DNA from: Eledone cirrhosa
Taxonomy: Eukaryota
Direction of reading: 5' to 3'
NCBI GenBank assembly: GCA_964016885.1
Contig: OZ024743.1
Location: forward strand, 26,784,001 to 26,848,000
DNA: 64,000 nt
Shown: one piece after another, positions 50,986-64,000 of the stretch
Position numbering within the stretch: the stretch's first letter is position 1
Layout: every line of letters starts with the position of its first letter
Made by a program: the position numbers and the translations under genes
Notes under the pieces: generated by a model
What the model saw: the letters and a program-made list of their open reading frames with translations, nothing else
The model's database searches: none
What the model was told of the DNA's origin: nothing

Positions 50986-53900
50986 ATTTTTGTTCCCCCC
51001 TTTTTTCTTTTTCTTGCTCTGGTCGTATATTTTGGTGCGTTGTATTTGTGAGGTTCCTAGCAATAGTTAATTGTATTTGTTATATGTGTTTATATTTTCA
51101 TTCTAAAAGAATTTTGAGCATTTTGTAATGTTATTTATGTATATTTAAAATTTTATCAATCTTGTCAGAACTACAATTTCCATAATTATTGTGTGTATGT
51201 GTGTGTGTGTATATATAACACTGTTAATTTGGCTATATTAAGAAAAAAAAGATTATTTTTTTAGGAGCTTAGTAAAAAAAATTATAAAGAGTTAAATGCC
51301 TACTGATGCATAAAGGTGTATGTTGGGATAGTATTATGTCATTTTCAAAAAGTAAGCAATTTGTTGAAAAGTTGTTTGCTGCCATGTGTGATACATTTTG
51401 CCTCTGAGGTATATTTTAAAAGTTTAAACTGTTGAACAAACAGTTAAAAAGAGAAAATAATCATATATCTGAGAGAAACATTTGGCCATTACCGTTTGTA
51501 TTGGAAATTATTTATGTATTTTACAAATAATGTCCACATTAGTAAAGTTAAGTTTAAACAGTCATAAGCTTATGCTCCTAATGTAAATTTATACCATTAT
51601 AGAATTTTGTTTCTTAATGCACAATTTCATCTGCATAGAAATTATCAGTTTTGTTTTTAAATGATACAGTTGTAATTAATAAACATTGCAACTAGTAAAA
51701 TACTATTTTTCAGCTATTAGCATCTATGAGGAGGCCAGAGAAGTATGTTAGGTTCAAAGGTGAATCATGAGTCAAGAAAAGTTTGAAAACTACTGATCTA
51801 GTATAAGTCTATGTCAGCAGTAATCTCTTGCTGTCTCACATAACAGGTAATGGTTCTCATACAGTCATTTTTTCATGAACCCTCTTATACTCATTGGTTT
51901 TTCAAGTTTCTTTTGTGAATTGAAGTTATCATAATTAATTTATTACACATGGTTGTGTCACTTAAGACCAAACTGTTGGATTTGCTTGTGCTACATTTTT
52001 GGCAAATGTATTTTATTTCTTCTAAATGCAATTAAATGGTTGTATGTTAAAATCAGATTTTAACTCATTGAAGAGTAAGGTATGAATGATCTCAACCAAC
52101 CAAATCAAAAGTATATTCAGATAATATCCAGATATTGTAGAATCCCCCACCACACACAAACAACACATCTTTGCAAATGAAGCTGTTTCTATGATTAACT
52201 GGGGCAATTATTTAACAGTTGTCATCCTACCCTAATAGTAATAACTAAATTGTAAGTTGTTTGGAACAAAATGTTTCACTCACCAGACAGAAAGCAGATT
52301 ATATGAAATATGTCAGAAGTGTGATGGTAAAATATAAACAAAAATACAGGAGATCTGTTGTGATTCTAAATGAACTAGTTAAATATTGCTTACTATTAGG
52401 TTAGATGGAAGTTTCTGAACAAATGAGAGCATTATTTGGCCTAAAAAGTATATAAGACAGTGTATTATTCTGGTGAAATGACAAGTAATATGGATGAATA
52501 ATGAATGATAATTTAAAATATGACACTAATTTGGATAAAGGAGCACATTTTACAAAAGACATGGAAGTAGTCTGGACTGATTTAACATTTGACCTCATTA
52601 ATGACACTGGATCAATACATATGGAAAGATGATATATTTGCAAGATTAACTTACTGGGCTGTTGACTAGATGATCAGTAGTTTAAAGCCTTATTACTACA
52701 GTTACAGTGTTAAGTTCCCAAGCAGAGCATAAAACTCTGCTTGCTCTATAAAATAGGCATAGAAGGGTAAATAGTATTAAAAGCAATTGCTTCAACAGAC
52801 AAAAAAAATCTCACTCATATAAGCATGCAAAGAGATATAAAACAGAAAAAATAAAGATGCTCCCATTTACATCCCTGATTCTTCCTTCCTTGTCCAGCCC
52901 ATGACACCATTGAAAGACAGATGCACCACCACAGTATACTACCAGACATTGTTCACTCACTCTTTCTGTCCATCTATCCAAGACCACCCACAAGACTCCC
53001 ACTCGCATCCTTAACTTCCCACTTCCTAGTACAACCATGCCAACATAGAAAGAGGGGTGCATTCTTTAAAGCCACATCTCAGTAAACAGCATGTAGCCAC
53101 TTTACTCTCACCCACCAAACTCCTATCACTGTGTTCCCAGCCTGGCTGAGTACACAATGTGCACAATGATGTTGAAAAATGGTGCCATGATAAAAATCAC
53201 TCAGATGACCCTATTAGGTGGTAATGGCAGTGCTACGATAAAACGCACTTTGTACATGCTGTGAACTGGTTGGTGTTAGGAAGGGCATCTAGCCATAGAA
53301 ATCATGACAGAACAGAATGTATGAGCATGATGTACTTCTTAGAAAAAGGTTGCTATATTTCTTTCATTCCAAATTCAACACTAACTAATATCATTAGCTT
53401 CATTCTTCCACATAATTCCCAACATATTCTATTGTATGGGAAAAAAACGGTACTGGAAATTCATTAAGGCATCAATAATATAATATCAGATGCAAAGACC
53501 AACTGATGTATTTTTGCATTTCTACCTCAAGTATTAAGGAAAAATTCTTGATTTAGAAATACCAAAATATCTTTTAAAAATACAGCAATACTACATATTA
53601 AGACAGTTATTCTTCAATAATGAAAAGAAAAGAAGATTTCATCATCAAATTGGACTAAGGAAACTATGTTTTTATTTGTCTTTTCATTGCTGTTACTATC
53701 TACCAGTTGCAACTCTTTACACAAGTTCCACCAATTGTTGCGTGACAGGAGTTGGGATTTGAACTCAGACCATACAGTATTAGAACAGCTATCACAAAGC
53801 ATCCTGCCTGACTCTTTAACAGTTCTGCCAAACCATCAACCCTGAACTAGAACTTTATTTATCAACTCCAAAGTTGATTTTAGTGGGATTTAATGTCAGA

Positions 53901-55632
53901 GTGCAGAGCCAAAACAAATACTAATTTATTCTAATGCTCTAAAGATTCTGTTAATTTGTCACAATTTCAATAATGAAGATTTGCAAGGAATAGGTTTATA
54001 TAAAAGTGCTAAATTTAGGAATATTAATTAACCCAGTTGATGCATACATTAGTATGTATGATACTGAGTTCTGAAAAGTTGATGAATAATTAAACAAATT
54101 GTGAAAGTTTTCAATGGAATCCAAAAGACACTGTTGTTTATTCTTGTCTAATATAAACAGCATCTAGTAAATTTAATGAAGTTACAAAACTAATGAGAAA
54201 CAAAAAGAGAATAGATTTTAAGTGCAGTATCAATTATTGACTAATGATTCCAAGTTGTCAAGTTTAGTTTTGAAAGAAAAACTACAACCACTGAAATGTG
54301 GCAATTATATGTTGCAAATTGCAATGGAAAATAACAGATAACTATATAAAAAGGTAAAGAAAGAGCTATTGAGATAAACGAAATTTACAAACATACAAAA
54401 ATACAATATATTTTTGCATATAATAATATTTGCAGGGAGTATTAATATTATCAGGAATGTATAAAAGAATCTTTAAAATAAAATTAAAACAGCAAAATGA
54501 TATAATGATGATAGTAGTAATGAGAACATATAAAATAAATTAAGATTACATCTCTTTATTTTTTAGATGTGTTATGACCGGGGCAGCAATAAAGATCGAT
54601 TAGGTTATTTACTTCCTATTTTGTATTATTTAGACCACCTTTTGATCAATATATAACTGATGAAATGGCACAGTCGTTAGAGTATTTGATTAAAATGGTT
54701 TGTTTTATTTGTTTCATCCCTCTGCACTCTGGAGTCAACTTTACCATTCATTCTTTTGGCATTGATAAACACAGTACCAGTCCAGGGCAGTGGATTAGCA
54801 GAACTGTTAGATCATCAGACAAGATATCTTAGTACCTTTCCCTTGGACAACTTTGGTGGCATAGAGAGGGGAGACTTCCATTTTAGCTTTGTACATTTTA
54901 ACTTATATGAAGTTTTTCTTAAACTTATTTTTAAATCTGATTATGTAACACCAAGTGTAATGGTAAATGTTTGTAATTTAATGGCAGCCACTTAATACCA
55001 ACTAATTACCAGAAGACACAGATAGAAAGTGATAAATATAATTCTCCTAGGAACAAATCCTAAATTATCAACCAAATAAAATTTTTCTTAACCTTGCTTT
55101 CTCTTTCTCGAACCAATTAGTATAGTGTTGTGTTTTGATATTACTTTACATTAATATTTTTATGTTAACAGAGGCAGAAAAATATTTTCCTACAAATGAA
55201 TGTGAAGTAGGAACTCCTATGTTTAGTGAAGCATAAAGAGATAAAAAAAAAAGCCACAACACAATGGCTGCAGTAGAGCTTAAACAGTTCTTCAAATTTA
55301 ATCAGTTAAAAGAAGAGTAGCATACACAAACAGTGTTTGCCTCTTCAGACTGGTGAGGTTCTTGTAGTTGATGTTCAATTTGAACTCCTGTAGGGTTATG
55401 TTATTAGGAAAAATGTAGGCAGGGAGAGAACTTTAGAAGATTGCATCTGTTGGTGATGTACTGAGAGGAGGCAAAATGTTTGTAGAGCTTTAGCAACTGA
55501 TCATAATTGTAGCACACTAACTCTATAGCAGCTCTTGATTTTGTCAATACCTATACATTCTCCTTGGGCATACCTCAATACTTAATTATCTCCTGAAATT
55601 ATATCTCACTTCCAACAAAATAACCTTCTATG

Positions 55633-56380
55633 CATCATCATCATCATCATCATCAGGTTTAGCGTCCGTGTTCCACGCTTGCATGGGTTTGGATGGGGGT
55701 TTTCCCACTTGAGGCAAGAGTGGTTGTCTTGCTCGCATAGGACTGTCTGGCGGGTTTTCTACAGTTGGATGCCCTTCCTAACACCAACCACATTTACAGT
55801 GTGGGGCTGGGAGGTTTTTACCGTGTTGCCTACACGGCCACATTACAGCGTGGACTGTCTGGCGGGTTTTCTACAGCTGGATGCCCTTCCTAACACCAAT
55901 CACATTTACAGTGTGGGGCTGGGAGGTTTTTACCGTGTTGCCTACACGGCCACATTTACAGCGTGGACTGTGTGTTTTTTGTCGTGACACCTACACGATC
56001 TCATTTGTTTCGGCCTGGATGTTGTGGGACCAACATAACTTTACATTGAAAGGGGCGGTGTGGATGGGGTGGAGGTGGTGGGACGGGGGGTGTTTTGATA
56101 GAGATGCCTACTGACTGTAGTAGGTTTTTACTTTGTATTTAGGTAAGGCGGGTCTTCTCTATTACTGAGTACCGCCAAAGGTCTCGGTCCAGTGACATTG
56201 TCTTGGAGAGGTGTAAGCGTGTGAGGTCGGAATTTATCAGCTCGTCCCATGTTTTTCTGGGTCTGCCTACTCCGTGGCTACCGTCTATCTTTATTGCCCT
56301 GCACTTTGTTATACAGCTGTCGTCTTTCATGTGCATCACGTAACCGTACCAACGTAGCCTTCTCTCGAGTAAACAACATG
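55633..56380 (-). mobile_element. RTE family B 3' fragment with internal ~112-bp tandem duplication
   Basis: Reverse complement of ~1245-1870; duplicated unit at 55740-55851 and 55852-55965. Confidence 0.88.
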
Positions 56381-56616
56381 CATATATTTGCCAATCATTT
56401 TCAATATATAAAAAATAAAAAAACAGATCACATGTAATCTCAATACTTGTTGCCCACCCTTAAGAATATTCTTTAAAGGATATTCAACATGAAAATTCTA
56501 TTCATCAGCACATACCAAGAAACAGTTACATCACTTCTCAAAAAATAACCAATAAATAAATAAATAAAATTTCAAAAAATACTCTATCATCTCCTCATGG
56601 TTAAGAGTTTAGTAAT

Positions 56617-56790
56617 AATTGTTTCTACTTTTGGCACAAGGCCAGCAATTATCCCAGTGCATTACTGGTACTTTATTTTATCGACCCCGTAAGGATGAAA
56701 GGCAAAGTTAACCTCGGCGGGATTTGAACTCAGAATGGCAAGGGCCGTAACTCTATGTGTCAAAGCATGGTGTCCGTTCCTCTACCGATA
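56617..56790 (-). mobile_element. Meta-like SINE
   Basis: Same family as 21760-21940. Confidence 0.8.
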
Positions 56791-59700
56791 ATGACAACTA
56801 TAATAACGGCAATAATAATAAAAGAAAGGAAACAAAAGGAAAGAAAGATAGTCATCACATTCTCAACCCATGTTCTATTTGACCAAAACTATCACAAGGG
56901 TTAAGTTTTCTTTGGATCCAAAATACATCACTTCTGAACAGCTGTTGTGTTTTCATTTGTTTCATTCTTTTATAACACTACTATAGTAGCCACTGCTTCT
57001 CTGACTATGCAAACTACAGTTCTCACTAAATACAGAAATTTACACAGTCTACCTTTTATCAAATTAAGTGTTTCCCTTTTGTATTTCATAGCAAACACCT
57101 TGTTGAATCCTCCCTAACCAGAACAGCATCTCCTTGAAATTTCCCCCTTGCCCACATATTCTTTAAAACTTTTAACTCATGACAATTCAAGTTAAACAAA
57201 AATGGTTACCTTCATTTAGTTGTAGGAGTGCTTCCTTAATAAGGTGCTAGAAACAACTTCTGACTAATAGCTTTAACATATTGTGTTTTATATTCTATAT
57301 CTCCTCCTCACATTTATATGTGCCAACTAGTGGTGTAGTGTGGATCTAGTCAAGTTGGATATCCCCTTCCTTTACAGCAAACATATGAATATAAAGTGGC
57401 TACCCTGTGTGGTCCAGATATCTCACACTAAATCACAGGTGTCATTTGAAGGTTTCAATGTATATTCCTGTTTCACATAATTCATTTCAGTACAATTAAA
57501 TTAAATGAAACCAAGGCAGGAATTACAACATATATTATTAGTCTATATATATTTCCACTACAAGCATACATTGAGCCATTTTATATACTTGTACCAATAA
57601 ATTTTATACACACTGGATGTGATTCATTCTTTAACATCATATCAATTCCAGCTTCTTTAAAAACTGTATAAATGAAATATAAGTTGATATATCAGTTGAA
57701 AACAATATTAAGACTGCTCTGAAATTGCACATCTGCTATTCATATTGCTTTGGGCATATAGAGTATAAATGAAATGGGAAGATTCTGGGGAAAGATATAA
57801 GATTTCATTATATGAAACAAAGTACAAAGGAAACTATAAAACAGCCCCTAGCTAATAAAGAGATAGATACACATAATGATGCACCAGTTCTGTACCAATA
57901 ATTTGAAAACATTTTTGTTATAGTTTACTAAAGTGAATTCAAGTAATAGCGTTACTTAAATGTTAACGCCCTGCCCCATATGAAATGGCATTAGCAAGAC
58001 ATTCTTGAAAAGTACCAAACACCTATGACTGCATCATATTAAGTCTTTTCTTTAGTTTACTGTCAACTAGTAATGATGCTATAAAGGAAATTTTCTGCTA
58101 AATCATTAAGGGGATAATAAGAGTTAATATACTTTTCTTAAAGGGAAGCATTTAGTAATATTTTCAAAACAGAAATAAGGCAGTTCATTATATTGAACAG
58201 CACATTAGATTGACTGAAAGATTGATATAACTGTTTTACAGCATTATTCAGACACATACATGAATAAAGGTGCACACATACATATACACAATGTTAACTA
58301 GCTTAACATTTACACAAAATTCTTGTATTCATTTACTATTGAAAAAGAAAGGCAATATCAACATCTGATACTGCTTTATCTTAAATTTAAGGAGTTACAT
58401 TAAAAAGGAGTCATAATAGCGAAAGAATGCTCAAATAAGATTTTTATTCACCTCAACCTTATTTTGCAACAATTTTCATCGTTGAAACACAGGAACCTTT
58501 TGACAGGCATCAGCATTCAACTGGTGAATCAAGAGCATCTATTAAACATTCATTTAATTATGCTCTTACATTTTATGTTATGCTCTGACAATTTATATAA
58601 TTGTTATGTGTAAAATTACCAAGTAGTAAGAAGAGAAAAAAAATCAAATAAAAAAGTACATAATACTAATGACAGTATCAAATTCCAAGAAAATAATTAG
58701 TGAAGCAAGCAAGACAAAGTAAATGTCATTTTTATTTGTGAGCTGAATAAAAAAAAAGTCACACAGAATTCAAAACAGAACATTAGTTTGTTTTTTCTAA
58801 TAAAATAAAATGTTATGAGAAAATTGACTTCTCCTTTTCTTCTTTGTCACTGCCTGCCACTACTACTATTACGAGAACAACAAGAATCAAAGATACATAA
58901 AACTAAGATATTTACATGTAGAAATAAAGAAGTATGCCTACTGAATCTAAACTGTTACACCAAAGCTGTAGCATATGTAGCCCCAATACACTGTAAATTG
59001 GGTGGAAGTAGTGAACATTGATCTCAAAGTGCTGAAACTCACAGAGGAGATAAACAAATACAATGGGTGGAGAGATACTGTGGTGAAAAATACACATCTA
59101 ATTGATCTTGATGATGTCTTTCTGATATCATATTGAAGACATGACTATGCTATACTTAGATCATTTTTATTAAGTTTTTTTTTATTTTTTATTTCCTTAT
59201 TAATTCTTTATGCTTCATTTGGAACAATAGCATTCTTAAATTCATGTGCATATTAACTCAACAAAGCATTCAAGGCTCTATCTTCATAATAGTCATGCAT
59301 GTGGCATATTGATCATGGCTTAGCAGTGGTCATAATGTATCATAGGAGATTGCTGATTCCTGATTTAAAATTTCCTAACCATTAAAGCATAGCTGTTATT
59401 ATTATTAGTTTCACATATGCTGTATTTGTTTTAATTTTTGGTTTAGATTCATAGTTGATTGCATTGTTTTTTGTGGAATTCTATATTGAGCTGTAGTATT
59501 ATCAACTAATATAGTTCTATCTATTTTTTTTTTTTTGCATGTACTGTATGGAAATGTTTTGTAATGACTCTTTCTTGTAAGTGCATGGTTAAACATTAAG
59601 AAAGTGTAGTGTTTGTGTGACCAATGTAACAATTTTGATCATGAAGTTCGAAACCTTCATGTTTGCATAAGAATTTATTTATCATATTTGTCATTTGCAG

Positions 59701-59829
59701 CATATTCTGCAGTTTACCAGCCTATGGTTATATGTCAATGAGGAAGTTTTTACTTTAGTATCTTTGTTGTACATTTTAACTATGAGTTTTAAATTCTCTA
59801 ATTATCTACTAATAAAGAAATTTTTAATT

Positions 59830-60420
59830 GGGTAGCCCCCTTTTACAATGATGCATTAAAAGCCAGTGAACTTATGTAACCCCAACAGTATAACCACCTG
59901 TTTAAGTACCTCTATAAAGAAAGGCTTGATGTGATCTGGTATTTTCTCAACTTAGTAGGTAAGCATTTTCCCCAACCACTGATATAGGGGTTTATTTAAA
60001 TGGCATACCCTTAAGTTGAGTTATAGATGCTCTTCAAATATGAAAAGCATATTATGCAGACCCACAACTACATTTCTTGCAGAAACACCAATACTTGCCT
60101 TCTGAATGGAACCTGCAAAGTTGTTATCTACCAAGCAGAAGTTGTACATTTAAACTCCAACCAAGGTAATAATACCACCAAGCAGTAGATAGGGATCCTC
60201 AAAGGAAATTTTAGGGCATGCTATTATAATTACCTGCTTAACTTCAGAAAAACCAAAGGACAGCACAAAATCTGGTCTTTGAAGAAAACAGCCTCTAATT
60301 ACAGTGTAAAATGTCAAATATTGGAAAAAAAAAACAAAACAAAACATCCAGACCATACAAGAGAGACAGTAAAAAATGAAAATACCTCCTGAGTTTCTGG
60401 TCAGAGCCATCCTGAATGTA
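59830..60420 (+). mobile_element. fossil Penelope-like element, GIY-YIG endonuclease region
   Basis: APFYNDALKAS...FLNLVGKHFP..LFKWHTLKLSYRCSSNMKSI...CRNTNTCLLNGTC.VVIYQAEV...*IG...FRACYYNY...FRK..IWSLK. Confidence 0.75.
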
Positions 60421-61833
60421 CAACACACTAACAATCACACCTTGGTATCTACACAATGTAGTTAAAGGGATGCTGACTCTGCACCTGAACCTCTAGCCTC
60501 TAAGTTCTAAAATTGTTAATATATAAAATACAATGAATAGATTATATATAATTTATATAATTTAATGTCTGGTTGAACCAGTTATTTGTGATAACCATAA
60601 AATATAAACATTCATGACACAAAATCACCTGTGAGCTTGAGAAAGATATGCTGGACATGCCATACTAAAGTGAGGTTGACTGTTTAAGTCTCACTCAAAT
60701 ACTAGTGTCCTTTGAATTGTTCTGTTTGTGCATCTATCTATCTATCAGTATTTTCATGTCTGTTTTTCCATGCCAGCATAAGGTCGATGAAACATGTGAT
60801 GGGTGGTATGGTGATAAATTCAGAGCATCAAACAAAATTATCTGTAGTACTGAAATATGTCCTTTTAGCTTCTGTGATAAAATCTCCCTATGGTCAATTT
60901 TGTCTATATCAACATCATCTTTACAACCAGTTTTCCATGGACTAGGATGAGACTTTTTGAAGTAGGCTTTCTATAGCTCTTTCTGAATTCAACCCATACT
61001 TTACTTTTTATTAAGTATGGTACATACTGTTAATATTTGGTGAACCCCTACACTGTAGAACATATTCTTCAGAGGATGTCACTACTTTTTTTTTTACTAA
61101 CGATGTTGATATGGGATTTGCATCAACTGGCAAACACACACACATATAAAAGAGGGGTTTCCTTAAAGATTATGTCTACTAAACTCACAATCATTGGTCA
61201 AGCCAGAACTACAGTAGAAGATGTACAAAATAAATACCAGTTGACTTATTGGGAAGATCAAATCAGCTTAACCCATACATAAAATTTGTAGATATGTACC
61301 TATGTTAGAAATCACTGGTATTGCTATTACCAGTAAAGAAGCAAGAATATTGAAATGTTTATGCTGTGCTGGATGATATATGTAACAACGACACACACAT
61401 ATCTAAAAATATGTATTGCGATTAAGTTTTACTGTATTTCTATTTATATATCTTTTCTTCTAAGAAAACATAGCCTGAAAATAAACTGAATATATATCTA
61501 ATTTAAAAAATAATTTCTCATCATTTTGAAATTGCAATAAGTTAAAAAAATTTAGTTGACGTTAAGTTTTGATATATTTTTGTTCTTTAATTTATAGATA
61601 AATATGAATATGTTTTTCAATATATTTCATGTCGATTAATATGTTTCTGATAAATTTGTCTTGCTCTCAATTTGTTTTTCTGATTGCATTTCTGACAAAT
61701 GTGCTTTCAATATCTCCTCTATATATACACACATATATTTGCTTACACAAATACACACATACCTATAAATTTCATTTACACACAAACATATCCAGATGTG
61801 TATGTATGTGTGTGTGTATATATACATATATAT

Positions 61834-62345
61834 GTTAGGTTGCTCTTGAATGCTACTGGTAACATGTAACCTAGTACAACCTGTCTCATTGTTGAGTCAT
61901 CGGCGACTAAACCGGCAACCTCACCAAGCTTGCTTGATATTTGGACACCCTGCGGCATGAAATACAAGACCTGGCAAAGGGCTGAGGAACGGCAGAGCCA
62001 ACGGCCATCAAAATAGTACTTCTTTTTTTTTTCACCTGGGAGTGAAAGGCCCCCAGTTGTTGTCACAACACCTTTCTGAGAGAGAGAAACTCTTTAAAAA
62101 AACCTGCAGCTTCAGAAGCATCTGATGATGTTAACCAGTTCTCCTTTTCGGATAGTGTTTTCGATGCTAAGAGAGTGGGGTTGGTCCAGTGCAAGGCCAT
62201 TCCCCAATTAAAAAACCTTCAAAGCACAGGTATTGCTTGTTCAGGATCTGTTACATGTTTGTGTGACTGGACGTAGTCTAGAAGTGCACCATTTTCTGTA
62301 ATCTGACAATGATTGCAATACTCTTAGCAGAGTTTGCAGCCATCA
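61834..62345 (+). mobile_element. second, older non-autonomous bipartite RTE derivative
   Basis: Colinear with 18747-19355: same structured 5' end, 5'UTR motifs and ..gcagccatcat end. Confidence 0.65.
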
Positions 62346-62445
62346 TATATATATGCATGTAAAAGGTAAACAAAAATAACAACACAATCGGTACAGTATA
62401 TGGAAGGGATATATTAAGTTAACACTTGATATAGCAGGAAGTGGG

Positions 62446-62481
62446 TCTTAACGTTTTGGACAGTAGTCCTTCATCAGAAGA
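62446..62481 (-). ncRNA. minimal hammerhead-ribozyme-like motif (G12 mutated)
   Basis: UCUU-CUGAUGA-A-GGAC(UACU)GUCC-AAAA-CG-UU-AAGA. Confidence 0.55.
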
Positions 62482-62534
62482 AAGAATGAGAAATAAAATA
62501 GATTGAGGGGACGGCAGGTTGGAATAGACACATA

Positions 62535-62635
62535 CAAGGTGTCCCTCAAAATGTATACATACTTCAACAGCATTCTAATAAATATTGCCTGTACAGGTAA
62601 TCAAAGTGTGTATACATTTTCTGGGGGACACCCTG
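62535..62635. mobile_element. Tc1/mariner-type MITE
   Basis: ~30-bp imperfect terminal inverted repeats (ca.ggtgtccc..aaaatgtataca.actt), TA flanks. Confidence 0.7.
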
Positions 62636-62659
62636 TATATATATATATATATATATATA

Positions 62660-63551
62660 CAGGGTGCGGACGATATTTGTTCGCAATTTTCAACTGCTAA
62701 TTTTATGCAAATTTTTTTTACTTCCGTTATCACTCTTGTCTTCTAAAAACAGTGACTATATTTCCATTATTTATTTTCAGAATAATTGATTATGAATAAT
62801 TTTGAACCTCCAAATTTGTGGAAGAGACACGGAGTTCTTCTTGGAATCCGCGCGGGAGGACAAATAAGACCAGAAGATCAACTCCCAGAACAACAGGTGG
62901 TTCACTATCTCATCCAAAGACATGCCCAGAGTTATGCAGACAAAGTTTCCAGCGACAACATTGGTCTTAGGTGTCGTCAGCAGTCAAGGTGACGTCATGC
63001 CACCTCACTTCTTCCCTGAGGGCCTCAAGCTGAACACCAATGGCTACATCCGCATTCTGAGCTAGGTAGTAAAGCCCTGGATCGACCAGGTAGCTGCAGG
63101 TAGGCCGTACGTGTGGCCAGACTCAGCGCCCTGCCATACCACCCGAAAGACCCAAGCCTGGCTGTCAGAGAACTTCGTCAACCACACTTCACCTGACATC
63201 CGGCCTCCCAGCTCACCTGACTGCAACCCCCTCGACTTCTTTGTGGGGGGGGGGGGGCAGTGGAACGAGACACCAACAGATCTAGCTGCAATACGAAAGA
63301 CGATCTGAAGGCCAGGATCACAAGTGCCTTTAGGGGCCTAAGTCGGGAGACAGTGACGAAGGCCTGTAACCGGTTCCGAGGCCGCCTTGAGGCCGTCATC
63401 AAAGCCAATGGCGGGTTTATCGAGTTAGATCGAAAGAACAAGTCATGAAGACAAACTGACCCAAGTTTGATAAATAAATTTAAAAAAATAAAACTACTGT
63501 GTTATTTTTTCCTAGACAGTAATCTTGCGAACAGATATCGTCCGCACCCTG
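62660..63551 (+). mobile_element. Tc1/mariner DD37D (maT) transposon, internally deleted
   Basis: 27-bp terminal inverted repeats cagggtgcggacgatat(t/c)tgttcgcaa with 1 mismatch, TA target sites. Transposase remnant ..DSAPCH..SPDCNPLD.. with 37 residues between the Asps; ends EAVIKANGGFIE. Confidence 0.9.
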
Positions 63552-64000
63552 TATATATGTACAAACGTCATATCTCTTATAAAATATAAAATAATACTAA
63601 ATCACAAAACCTAACATCTATTTTCTAGCCAATGAACCAAGGCAAAATATCAACTTTCAAGGCATACTACCTGCAAAAACTGGTCGATATTAGATACAGA
63701 CCCTTATATGTCCCTATGAGATTACTGTTGATCATTTAACATTTTAAATGCTGCCCATATTATTGATATCCCCTGAAAAAGGATAACTACAAAATATAGT
63801 TTGGAAGAAAGTACCATCCAAGTAAAAGAATGCCATTTAAGGATTTGGGCTAATGGAGGAGTGTGTTACAGTTACATAAGGAGTTTCAAAGTTAGCAGGA
63901 GAGTTTGGATTGAATGTAGTTATAGCAGATGATATCTTACAATTCATTGTTGATAGGAAAGAAGATAAAAGAGATTCTAACAAAAGAATTTGCAAATATG

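Noticed and set aside
37920-64000. Expected upstream MADD exon; candidates examined at ~55330-55390, ~58450-58540 and ~58830-58895
   Set aside because: Stops, missing splice sites or no MADD similarity. The 55370-55560 stretch reads like a decayed LINE C-terminus (SLPAYIFPNNITLQEFKLNIN). The next exon probably lies beyond the window.

Overview
AT-rich eukaryotic (metazoan) genomic DNA. The repeat families suggest a coleoid cephalopod such as Octopus, but that is an inference. The one host gene is MADD (DENN/MADD, Rab3/Rab27 GEF) on the minus strand. Ten coding exons between 11666 and 37919 have GT-AG boundaries and join in frame; the gene extends beyond both ends of the window. The introns are packed with transposons: two related RTE LINE families with an internal PHD-like finger, a near full-length BovB-like RTE with three C-terminal zinc fingers, CR1 and CRE-type LINE remnants, tRNA-derived SINEs, a DD37D (maT) mariner, MITEs, and Helitron and Penelope fossils, plus (TA/CA)n microsatellites. 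The most unusual signals are: (i) a perfect 405-bp palindrome carrying a minimal hammerhead-ribozyme-like motif on each strand; (ii) two more minimal hammerhead-like motifs on the MADD sense strand; (iii) a near-identical inverted LINE pair bracketing one MADD exon; (iv) non-autonomous RTE derivatives with a conserved structured 5' end; (v) a CRE-type fragment enclosed by perfect 30-bp inverted repeats.
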